Source: Trichinella spiralis
Lineage: Eukaryota
Reading direction: 5' to 3'
Length of the DNA stretch: 40,200 nucleotides
Assembly: GCF_000181795.1 (NCBI RefSeq)
Contig: NW_003526945.1
Span: 257,030-297,229, forward strand
This document shows positions 13,346-25,472 of the stretch, piece after piece. The position numbers were made by a program, and so were the translations under genes. Below the pieces are notes generated by a model. The model was not told the origin of the DNA, did not search any database, and saw nothing but the letters and a program-made list of their open reading frames with translations. Numbering within the stretch: the stretch's first letter is position 1; each line of letters begins with the position of its first letter.

Positions 13346-16300
13346 TTACAACCGGCTTCGGCAAGGCTGAATTATACCTTCCAAACTCATGATGGAAAAT
13401 CGATGTTCTCTCGAATTCTGTTGAGCCATAACTTGCAGCTGTTCTAAATTCGGATCCAACGTTACAGCATGTGCAAAGTTTACCATAGCACTGTGCGGTT
13501 CATTCATTTCTTTGTAAACCTACAGAATAAAAATGATTTTTTTACACTTCTGTCGTGGGAAAAATATTTCGCTGCATTCTATACGCTTTAGCAAAACTGA
13601 TCCCCTTACTCTGCCAAGCAAAAAGTAGACTATCGGTTCACTGGGTATTATACGTTTCAAATCCATCAGTTCTTTCTGGGCCATCTTGAACTTTCTCATA
13701 GACATGTAAAACACCGCTCTTGTAAAACGACAAAATGTATTATTCGGTGCAATTTTCAAAGTATAATTCAAAATTTGTCCTGCCATTCTCTTTCTACCAC
13801 GAGCTTCTAACACCTTCAACAAGCTTATCAACTGCTAAAACCGTAACAACAACAATAATAATCACACAATTCTTACTAAGCTCAAATAACAAACAATGGA
13901 CGGAGATTTTGGGTTGAGACTCAACGAACGAAGCAAATATGCCTCGGCGTTTTCCATGTCTTGCGATCTGAAGGCAACATAACCTAAGGAAAACCTGCAA
14001 TATCCATTCAAATTATGCACAGACAAAATTATTATTAAATCGAAGATAAAACAAATATTATGCGAACCAAGGAGAGTGATGCCGTGGACGGAGTCTCAAA
14101 GCTTCTTTGAAATAGTGATCAGCTTGATCAGTATCGTCCAAAGCTGACCATTCGTGACCAAGCAGTATGTGTCCATAGAAATAATGCTTGTCTAGCTAAA
14201 ATTGAAATAAAACATATTTTATGAATAGAGATAAAAGAAAACAACAACAATTTAAATCACATGCAAAGAAAAAAAATGGAACAATGCATACTTCTAATGC
14301 GCGTTCAAGACACTGAATTGCCAATTCATGACGTTTTTTTAAGCTGCATGCATTTCCAAGCACTGCCCATGTCTTAAGAGAAAAGACAAAATTGAAAATG
14401 GAATAGATATGTTAAAATAAAATTAATATTACATGTGGATCATCATAGGCTGTATTAAGCATATCACAACACAAGAATGCAATGCTTGATTCTCGACGCA
14501 AATACCACAATGCAGTACTGTAATAATCAATATCATCCGTCAAATGCGGATACTCACGATGATACATTTCATAATAGTAAACAGCCTAAAAATAGTAAAA
14601 GAAACGCACAAAAAAAAAGTTCAAAAGAAAAACAAACTGCAAAATATCATATAAATAAATGACAAGAAACCTCTTTGTAATTCGACTCTTCTAAATATGT
14701 TCTCGCGACTGCTCGCAACGCCGCAGGACAAATTCGTAGCTCACGTCGCAATTTGTAATATCTGTTGTGAGCCTCTTCGAAATGATAATTAGCCAAAGCA
14801 ACTTCAATCTCCATCACCAGACAATATGTTTCAGCTAACAAACGGATGTCTGCAATAATAATAATAATTATTATTATTATTATTATACGTAAAGTAATAG
14901 AATAAAACAAAAATACCGTAATGCAATTTCTTTTTTTCACAGTTTTCAATCACATTTCTGCGCATCTCGTCAGATAAAGAAGCCTTAATTAATGTGGACA
15001 GCTCAGAACATACAAGCACAAACGGCTTCGGTGCTTCTTTTTTCAATTTCGACGGACTCTGCGTTCGCACGCTATTATTTGCATTGCTCAAATCTTCCGT
15101 TGGTGGATTGACATCTTTTGTATTGTTTGAATTCTTGAAATTGCACAACAAATTACCATATCACAAATAAACAAGCCAAATTTAGTAATAATACAAACCT
15201 CCCTTACAACCAACGGATCAACAACTTGTTCTAGAGTGTAACGGACCTTGCGTGATGTAGTTTTTCGTTTCTTCCTGCCTTTTCCACCATGTCGGCCGGA
15301 ACAAAGATTCGCCGGCTTCAACTGACGCCATGGAGATACATATTTCGGTGGTGAACATTCCATATCACTTTCTTCTTCTTCTTCTTCTTCATCAGAAATA
15401 TCGAATTCACAACGAGGAATAAGCATTGAATATGGAATTGTGCTCAGTTTCAATCGTTGGGAAAACAACGGATCTTGACCAATCTGAACAACAAAAACCC
15501 ACAATCACGGCACTGTGTATTCGCATTTGAAAACTGTCTTGGAAATTTTAATCAAAAAAATATTAATACCATTTCAGCTCTCCATAAAAGTTGCAAATCG
15601 TCGAGTCGGGTGCGTTCTTTTTTAATTGAAGGAAAAAAATTGATTGGTTGAAAATCACGCCTCAAATGCAATAAGCCACGAAGCGATGTAAACAAATATG
15701 GACATTTCTTCAACGCGTTCCGGTGATTGCTTAGCGCCGACATCGGCTGCGATCTGTTGCTGTTGTTATAAAAAAAATTACAATAAAAATCATCATGAAC
15801 ATTTACAGTACATCCTGAACTCACCACTGCATGAAAGCAAGCATGGAACTCGCAAATGCACCGATCAGGCTAGAATCTCCAGCGACTTGGGAAAGAGCAA
15901 TCACCGCTTTATCCCATTTGTCTTGCTTAGCAAAATAGCATCGACCAAGCAAATATTTCAACCTGGTCGAAGTTATCAATTTACTATTTATCAAGTTGAT
16001 TGCCATATCAAATTTCCCGGCTCGTACATAACAAGACGCAAGCAAAAACAGCGCATCTTCAGTTTTATCTGAAAATATTCACCAAAAAAAAACAAATAAG
16101 CAAATGTGAAAATTTCAACGGATCACTTTTCAAGTTTCAAAAATATTAAAATTCAAAAAATAGACATGGAAACGCACCCTGAACAAATTGAAAATTTATT
16201 TATTATCTGTCATTAATCGTATATATTTATTCTTCCTCTGGAAAAACAATTTATCTCTTTTAACTGCCATTAAAAATCAATAAGCGCAGCAATTCATTCA

Positions 16301-17142
16301 TGCGTGAATGCAACAATTTGTTGTTCAAGTAAATGTTACTTTTTCAAACAATGAAATTGTATGAAAGTTTCGCTTAAAGGCAAAAAAATTGAAACACACT
16401 CGCGTATTAAACGTACAAACAAAGCTATTTTCAAATATAGTAGGCGTAAAGAAAACTATATTTAATAACAATGAAATAACTTAGCGTGAAAAATGAAACA
16501 CGGAAGTTGATGTGTTCTATTCAATTACCTTTGTTATGACGTTTCACAAAACTAATTTCCACAAAATCCCTTGCATATTGAAATTGTAATTAACCTTCGC
16601 ATAAAGTGGAGTGTGAAGTTACAAATATGCGACAGGATAAATTAAGAGAAATACAACTGTTCAGAAAAATACGGATACTTCAAGTAAATTGACGCTCTTA
16701 AATGTAAAAAAATGAACAAAACGAACTGCAAAGAAAACAATAAATAAGCAAACGCTTGATTGCTGTCGAGAAAATGCTGTAGAAAATATGCCTTTTTGAA
16801 TTATTTACAAGAAGAAAACTTTCTAGATTAAGTACTGCTCAGTGATTATTGAAAAATGAACAAGTTCAAAACTAATTTCCCGCCTGTCAAAGTTCTCAAA
16901 CCATTAAAATCACACTAATCTGATAATAAGCTACATCACATGAAAAAATGCCTCAAAACAAATTTTCAGAAAAAAGAACTTTTAAAATATTTACCAATGG
17001 AATGGAAAAACTCTGCTGCTTCAATGGCATCGTCGTACATGTAGTATTCCAACAGAGTGTGCACCATTTCCTTTAAACGACAAAATGAGCAACTAATAGA
17101 ACAAAAATTCTAAATTACCGGTATAGTTTTAATGTCCTCCAT
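13346..17142 (-). CDS. CDC27: Cell division cycle protein 27 (APC3), TPR subunit of APC/C, ~13 exons, ~690 aa
   Basis: Exons 17142-17119, 17070-16995, 16068-15825, 15759-15570, 15483-15199, 15133-14917, 14849-14671, 14585-14433, 14372-14292, 14195-14068, 13994-13877, 13813(or 13831)-13610, 13519-13346. Motifs: YYMYDDAIEAAE, EDALFLLASCYVRAGK, YYSTALWYL, TWAVLGNACSL, ILLGHEW, EPIVYFLLGRVYK and AMVNFAHAVTLDP. The exact 3' end is less certain. Confidence 0.88.
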
Positions 17143-18940
17143 ATCTGACAACAGATTCTACGCAAAGTTAAAACACATTAATAATGTGTCATTCTACAAT
17201 ATGTTTTAAAGATTGCCAAGTCTTATTTCAATACAGTAAAACGGAAATTATAATAAATATTATTATTTTCATTATTATAAAATTGGAATAACATTAAAAA
17301 TATGAATAATTTTCATTAATTTCATAATTTAATACAAACAATGAATCAACCATGAATTCAATAAAGCTGTAACCTACTTTAAGGGATAACTTAAACTGAG
17401 ATTTTGATATTTTATTGCTGTTTTTTCTATCACCCTGAGTTTTGTTCACGCTACGTTATTCAGAATTGCATATTAAATAAGCAAATTCTTAGTTTAGCAC
17501 AAATCAGCCTTGTAATTTTAAATTTTAAATTCACTTCCGTAATAGACTTCAAATTCTTGTTCAGGTTCGTTATTTACTAAAGTTTATAAAAAAATAAATG
17601 TTATTTCAAAAGTTACATAATATTATGAAAACTTGAAGAATTTTACTTATTATAACGCAATTATAAAATCACATTGCTTAACTCGGTACATGTAAGCAAA
17701 CGTTAAACTATAACACAATTGAATTTTATTTTCAATACAAATTTTATTAAAAATTATTTATCAAATGTAATATGATTCAAATAGGTGATAAATTTTTCGA
17801 ATACAGTATAATAAGTTAAAGATAAATTTACAGCATAATGATTAAAAAGGAATTAAAAAATCAATCGCTGTTGCTGTATTTATATCAATGAAATTAACTT
17901 TAAAAATTTTATTCAGATATTATTTTAGATTTATTAATGAACCAAAAATTTAAAAAATGTGTTTTTTATAAATTCAATACTTTAACTTGAAAAGTGAACT
18001 TGATTTTTTGATGACTGTAGCTGCATTAATATTTTCGCTTTTTTGTGTGTGCAAAGACTTTTTCTTATAAGTAAGTAATTTTTTTTACAAAAGTAAGGCT
18101 TTATCTATTTAAATATGCATATATGATTCTAGCTGAAAAGAAATTGATTTGATTCATATCTGATCAGAATTCAACATGTTGACAAACTGAAGAATTGTCA
18201 AATAAATACAACATATCAGAAACGTAGTGCGTAGATTAGCTTTTTCTGAAAATAAATATAGCTCATTTTAGGTTAGGTTCAAAGTTGTCAATTTCATTCT
18301 ATTTTATATAGTCAGTATTGTCAGTGGTTTCTACATTAAACAAATCATGCTTCCACAAATAATAGTGAACTGAAAAGTTGTTCATATCTTCATTAGCTAC
18401 TGTTTTTATGTAATTGCGTGGAATTTGCATCATCAATCTTTTTTCACGTTTTTAAATCTAAAAAAGTATTTATAATTTATATTTTTTTAAATTAAGATGT
18501 TAAACTAAACAATTTACATAATTCAGATGCGACATTTATAAGTAAGTGTTCCATTTCCAAAAGTCTGCACAGATTATGACAGTTTTATTTTTTACTAATC
18601 AAAGCATGTATAGGTACTTAATTGAAATTCATTAGGTTATCATTTCTAAAACGATAACATGTTTATCAAAGATATTTATAGGACTATTGTAGCGATGAAT
18701 AATATATACTGATTTTTTGTTTTGAAGTTTCCTGTCACATATTAGCACGAAAAATTATTAAAATAAGTCTGTTTTTGTTATTACGAAAAGTAAATTAATA
18801 CATAATAAGTTAGTTGTCCATACTGGACAAGTTAGCAATAAGTTTAATTTATTTTCAACAACTTATGGAAGGAAGATGGTTTTTCTTTGTATTTTTATTG
18901 ATCTTTTATATGGATGTTTTTTTAGCAAAATTGACCAGAA

Positions 18941-21900
18941 ATGAATAGCAGAGTAGAGTTGAGGGTAACGTGTATCTTTGTTCTCTGTTGAATTGCTAAT
19001 AATAATTGTTCAATGTAGATTATAAGACGATTCTTATACGTTGCGAGCTCAATGCCAAATATTCACGGTATATCTAGTCGTTGGGCATCAGTTGCGTTAA
19101 GAGATATGATACTGCCTACAGTGTACTTGATGGAGCATTTGGTTTCTTACAGGTATGTGTGTATGAGTTTGCAGCGACATTATTCAGAACTGGATATAAT
19201 TTTTGTATCTTCTTGTTAGAAAAATTTTATTAAATGAAATTGTCAGTTTGTTTTTACAGATAAATAACAGTGTTGTAAAACGCACAGCGTATTAAGTTTA
19301 TGTGCATAGTACAGTGTGTTTTGTTTTTTTCTTTTTAATTTTCGTGGTGTTTTGAGAATAATTTTCTTGTTGTTTTCATCATAGGCATGCTGTGTTAGAT
19401 TTTCTGTCCAGTTTGCTTCATGAAAATATGCTTTTCGATATTTTCCAAATCCGCTGCGCACACTTTGGTATTGAATTGCGTTTGATTGATTAGTATTGAT
19501 TTGCTTGATCGAGAAAAAAAAAGTTTTTCAGCCCTCCCCCAGACACGTGGTCATACAAGGGAGTCACTTTGTAGACTGATTTGGAGTCTGAACAATGCGA
19601 TCGTCAGAAAGAGCAAACGTGGTGCTGCGGAAATTTTCAAGGTAATTTCCACCGTATATACTGGAGTTGGGGTAATAATTTGCAATTCTAGTGGGCATTG
19701 AAATTGTCCGTGGAGATGAGCCTGCGAAATTACCGACGTATCTATATGACATTGCGCACAAATAAACGGAGCAGAGTGATAAAATTTTTTCTGAATTGCA
19801 CTGCCGGCAAATGGATGATCAAATTGTTGTCCTGGTGTCTCCACGAACTTTTGCCCGTCGATTCGAAAAAGTACCTCACAATGCTGTACGATATGGGCAT
19901 GTCGCACGGTGGTCGTTGCATTTGGATACTCTGCGGCATGGCGTAAGTACATTTGCAAATTATTAATTCACCATCCTCATCATCATCATTTTCTTCTTCA
20001 ATGCATCATTTATTTATTGCATTTTTAAAGGGTTCGATTTCCATTGGTGTTTTTCAATTATTTATTTAAAAACGACGTGGAGAAGTTTTGGTCCGTGGTC
20101 AGGGAGTACAAGCGACGCTTTTCGTCGCGTTCGTCGAGCAGACGTTGTATACAGTTTTGCAGAGAACGAATGCGGTCCGTCATGCGCAACACCAGAATTT
20201 ACGGCGCCATTATCAAGAGCATGAATCCCGAAGTTACGAGTAAAATGACTCGCTATTTCAGCGTAAGTTTTCCTCTTCACAGTTCTACTCATACTCAAAT
20301 GATTTATGCTAATATTGTTGGAGAAAAAACTACCCACTGAAAATGACAATTTCTGTATTGTTTTTGCACCATCAGTAGGGGTATTTTTTTCTTTTTTAGA
20401 GAGGCATGTGGGCAGAAGGAAATAAGCCAGCTCGTGAATTTCCATTTCTGTTTCGACTTTGCGTTTGTTCTCCTCGTGTAGCAAGTTTTCTGGTGGTGCA
20501 GTTTCTCCGTGGAAATAGGCGCAGTTCGTTGAATTATTTTTTTATTCTGTGTTTTTTGCTTACTTCAAAAATTCAATCAACCGGCATCAATTTTCAGTAA
20601 TGCCTCCACAGTTGTGTCGCGCTGAAAAATGTCTGTCCTATGTTCCGGAACTTATAATTTACGGCCTGTCGAAGTAGACAATTATTTTATTTTTCTTATT
20701 TAAATTTCCTTTCATGTTGCTTGTTGTTGTTGTTTTCATTTTCAGACCTCTGGATGTTTATTGCCGTACGATAATGGCCATTAAAAATAAATATCGGGAA
20801 GCAGTTTTGGAGAGCCTCTGGCAATATGCTTTTACTAAAAATCGCAGTGAGTGTATTTGATACTTTTTGAGAACGTATTCGATAATTGATTGATTGTAAA
20901 ATGGATGTTTGAAAATTTGCATCAAATCGATGTGTATTGTATTGTTTATGTTTATTTTTTTTTCAGATGATGATTCGTCTATGAAATTGTTCAGAAAGAG
21001 ATGTCTTGATTTGACGGTAAATATTTGAATGTCCACTGTTATTTGTGTTATTTTTTTTATCAGATTAATTAGTTTCATTTTTAAGTATCAAATTCTGCTT
21101 CACAATTGTCGATACAACAAGCGCCGTCGGTGTAAACGAAAGTCCGGTAGGTCATTTCGGTTCAAATATGTTTCACGGTATACACTGTTGGACAAGGTGA
21201 TTTCTACTCCTAAGACGGTATTGTCGGGCATGGTTTCGAGAAATTGCTCTCAGTAACGCCGGAGAACAACATGTTGAAAATTTGATCAATTATTGTATTT
21301 CCCATTTTTTTTCCAGGAGGACATTTTTCCTACAATGTGCAGTTGGTGTCAGCTATGTCAAGGGTCCAGTAGCAATGAGCGAATATTTGAATTATATTTT
21401 GTTCACATCAACCCATCCATATCAGGTTTATCATTGTTTGAATATTGTTGTTGTTGTTGTTGCTTTTTAAATATTTTTTCAATTTTGTTCAATTCAGTTG
21501 GCAGGATTTTTTAAACTTTGCAAAATGGTACCAAGGAATGTCAACGAAGCGATCCGACTTTTGATGAGAACTCGCCAACATGTGATTGAAACGAAATTTC
21601 CAATTTTTTCCTGCAGATTCCCAGCGGAGGTGATGTGCAGCCGCTGGGCCATTAACATGCGCAAAGTGATAAAAGCGGACAAAATGCTTGCAAAACGTCG
21701 CCGACCGATCATGCCCAGGCATGCCATGATTGTCAAATGAATTTTTATTTTTTTTTACTTGTCCTTCATTATTATTTTTTAATTTCAGAATTGGCAAAGC
21801 CATATTATCGAATTATGTTCCGTTTGCGTTGAATTTGATAAGCATGGCATTGGAGGATTATGGAAGTTGGGCTGTGGATGCTCTGCTGTTGCTGGGAAAA

Positions 21901-23835
21901 CCGCCCAAGTTGAACTCCGTAGAGATATTTAAAATAATTAGAAAACTCTGCGAGACGGCTTGCACTTTGTTGATTCACCATTTTGGTAAATTGAATTTTG
22001 TTTTCGTAAATTCAATTTTAATTTTTATACTTCTATTTCATTCAGACAATAGTGCAGTCATGAAGTCGTACGGTAAACTTTGCGAGTATTTTGGCATGTT
22101 CGTTCGAAGTCAGTATTTTTATGCCAGAATGATAGCCATTGCATTTTTGATTCGCACTGCCAAGCCTGAAGTAGATAAATTTGCATTGGGGGAAAAAGAA
22201 CTGAAAGCAGAAATTACCAGAACCGCTTCGAAGTTGAATGTACGTGGGCAATTGTTGAAATATTATTACAAAAAAAATCCAGCCATGTTGGACCGTAAAT
22301 CTTTTATGCCATTTTCTGAAGCAAGCGGTGCCATAGCTTGTACTGCGCCCCTGGTATATATATCTATATTTGTTTTTTCTGGCTACTGATTTTTACTTTG
22401 TTTATTAATTTATTATCCTGAATGTTGTAGATTTGGAATGCGAAACAAAGTCTCAAACTGTGCAGGCTGTTCGATAAACTTTGTATTGAACGTGTGCGAA
22501 AAAAAAGGGGAATTAAATATAGCTTGGTAGCTTGCAAACAGCTGGCGAAAAATTTGTCTTCTTGTTGGCGTGGTGAAAGATTTCCAAATAGCAGCCGTTT
22601 TCCGACGAAATACCAATACGTTTGCCTTGACATTGAAATGTTCTACTCTTATTATTATTATTATCATAAAAATTATTGTTCAACTTTTTTTCTCTTCCAT
22701 TTCAGTTATGTTGCATACAAGAAGGAACTTCAGAAGTATCCATTCTTGTTCGATTTGTTGATGCTTGTATCTGAAGGTAACTGACTGGCTCATGACTTTT
22801 TTCAAATTATTAATCCAATAATTGCATAAACTTTATTTTGCTATTTATTTTCAGCTTATCCTTGCTTGTGGTATTGTTTTTCCATACTGAAGGGCTTGTT
22901 TTACATGTGCATCGCAGAAGTGGAAGGTTGTTTGTCCAAAAAATCCAGACTGGAGAATAGTTTGCTGATGCGTTTAGAATTGATAATGCTTTTATTTATG
23001 AAAGTAAGTCCTTTTATTTTTTTTTGTTTTTTATTGTCTTTATAATAAAGTATAAAGTTTAAAAAATAAATTCACCGAAACGTTTATATAAAATGAAAAG
23101 CATATTAGAAATATGGAAAAGTTCAAAAGTGTTGTTCTAACAAGCGGACCAGCTTTTCGTCCATGACTTGCTTATTTTTGACGAAACAGAAACTGAATGA
23201 GTGGTTAAATAGGATTTTGTTTGTTTTTAAGGGGAAAATGCTGCCACCCCCGTTGTGCTACGTAATGGGACTTCAGGAAGATTTGGAATTGTCTTATTTT
23301 TTCAACGTTTTGGTCAACGTCTGGGATTATTTGGCGGTGAGAATTTTCTGTTGAAAAAAAAGACACCAATAATAACAATAATAATTATTATTAATTCATT
23401 TTTTACAATTATTGCAGACTATTGTTCCTACCGTCAAACAAATTGACCAACTCTTTGAGCAAGAGTTGAAAAATCCGGGAAGCACTGTTCCGTTTCGAGG
23501 TTCGTTTGCTTGTTCAACTTGTTTCTGTTCAGTTTCCATTTTTTCCTCTCAAAATCGAATCATTATTCATCAATTACACTTTTTTTCTGTTTAGAATAAT
23601 TTTGATAATTATGTAAATTAATTGAGCACCGGTTGATTCTGTTTCATACATAACTTTGACTAAACCAACAAAATAGTGGCAACTTTTTTTTTCATTTCTT
23701 CGACGAGTGATTTTTCTTTTTTTTTCTTACATTTTAGGTAACATGAAAGGTGCACTGGAATTTTTGGAATATGTGTGCATTTTTAACATGGAAAAGCTTG
23801 GTCCTATATATGCAAAATTCATTGATACTTCATAA
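18941..23835 (+). CDS. INTS5: Divergent Integrator complex subunit 5-like protein, ~21 exons, ~966 aa
   Basis: Exons 18941-18964, 19019-19152, 19385-19467, 19532-19641, 19692-19942, 20031-20262, 20400-20523, 20598-20673, 20746-20846, 20967-21016, 21086-21252, 21317-21425, 21498-21718, 21789-21985, 22046-22353, 22431-22639, 22706-22776, 22855-23003, 23232-23336, 23418-23499, 23738-23835 form a phase-consistent chain; a few middle donors are uncertain. Colinear similarity to INTS5 as I remember it: RHAVLDFL, FPFLFRL, YPFLFDLLMLV..PCLWYCFSILKGL, GKMLPPPL, LVNVWDYL, NMEKLG. Confidence 0.75.
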
Positions 23836-24026
23836 TATAAAATTCAGCTTTCAATATCCATCATTTTATTAGTTTCACCCTTTTTAAAAATTATTTACTT
23901 TAATTGAATTTAAATCCATCTATGTGAAGTATCATTTGAGCAGTTTTCTAGAACCAATAGTTTGCCGCTTTTACAGTGAGAATAATAATATTGAATAATT
24001 ATTATTTGTGTATTTGATACTTCAAT

Positions 24027-24053
24027 TTCTTCTTCTTCTTCTTCTTCTTCTTC
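24027..24053. repeat. (TTC)n microsatellite
   Basis: ~9 TTC units. They account for the poly-E ORF 23910..24119. Confidence 0.9.
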
Positions 24054-25472
24054 ATTGTCTTCTATGTCTTCTTTCTTGAAAATGATTCTTATTAGCAGTA
24101 ATTTCTTTTTTTTTTTCAAAAATTTACTTTAAATATTTGAAATTGGACATTTTTGTGAAGAAAGTTTGATGATCATTTTAAAGCTTAAACGTGTTGGACG
24201 ATCATTCAAACAACTTTGCTTTTTGAAAATGGAAAAATTGCCTCCACTATTATCTTTCAGAAGGTATTTATAATTTTCTTTTATCACTTGTTAAATATAA
24301 TTGTTTTAGATGTGAATAAAATGAAAATTCCAGTGGAAAACGAGATATACTATTTATTACGAGCAGGCGTGTACAACAAAGCAACAGTGTTATTAAAACT
24401 AGCTGAAGAACAGAGATAATAATTTCGAACAGGAGACAGCAAATGAAAATTTGTCCGCTATTTTAACTGCAGTGCACTTTTAGCAGAAACGTGTAATTTT
24501 TATTATACTGGACTTTTTCATGTAGAAAATTCATTCTTTGAAACTCTCTATATACATGCATACCTACAACTAACTCTGCATACCGACCGGTTGGCTGGAC
24601 AACTATTTTTATTGCGTAAAATTCTATAACGTTCTACTCGAAATTCAATTCAAATTGTTTGGAACGGCAACTTTATTTTATTCAAAAGTTGGTTTGCATT
24701 TCGTCCGGTAAGTTTAAATAACATTCTGTGTTCTATTGATAAAATTTAATAGAAACAAAAAAAATAACAATAAAATCCAGGATTGCAATGTATATTTATT
24801 TTTGGTTTAAATTAAACGTTTTTTACATTAAAATTCTTATTCAGAAAACTTTAAACCGAATTATGGCACGTGTAAATTTGAACAGCAGCTCATTGTAGTA
24901 AACGTTGGAACGGAATTGCAGTCGACTGCAGCTTAATCGTATTTCCTGGTTGAGGTATTTATTCTGCAAACGGTAGGTGCAGTCATGACGCAACGATAAA
25001 AGCGTCTTAAATTGTAAAATGATACATGAATGACAGTTTAATTATTCATCTTAAACATTGTTTTCTTGTTTGATTGAAGCAACAACATCCGCATTCATTA
25101 TATATATACATCGTTTTCTTTCTGATATACTTTTTCATTCCGTTCTCTGTAATCAGTTATTGGATATATATATATATATTAGTTGCATCATCAGTTCCAC
25201 TTGTTTTCTGCGGGGCTGTCGTTTCTCTTATTTTGTTTAGAATAGAACCATTTTATCGGTGGAGTGGTTGATACGAAAGTGACAACCATTGGTGCTGACC
25301 TTATTCTGTCAACACATGCTATATAAAATATCACTTTACAAACTAGCCTAGTTTTTTCCCATCATACACTGACAAAGACGAATTTGTCATTCTCTTGCTA
25401 ATTGCTGTGAGGTTTCATTTCAATTTTTTGAGGTACCACAAGATTGTTTCGTTTTGCCACTTTTTGATCAAC

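Noticed and set aside
23910..24419. ORFs 23910..24119 and 24216..24419 as genes or an INTS5 extension
   Set aside because: The first is a microsatellite product. The second has no phase-consistent link, and INTS5 already ends at 23835.
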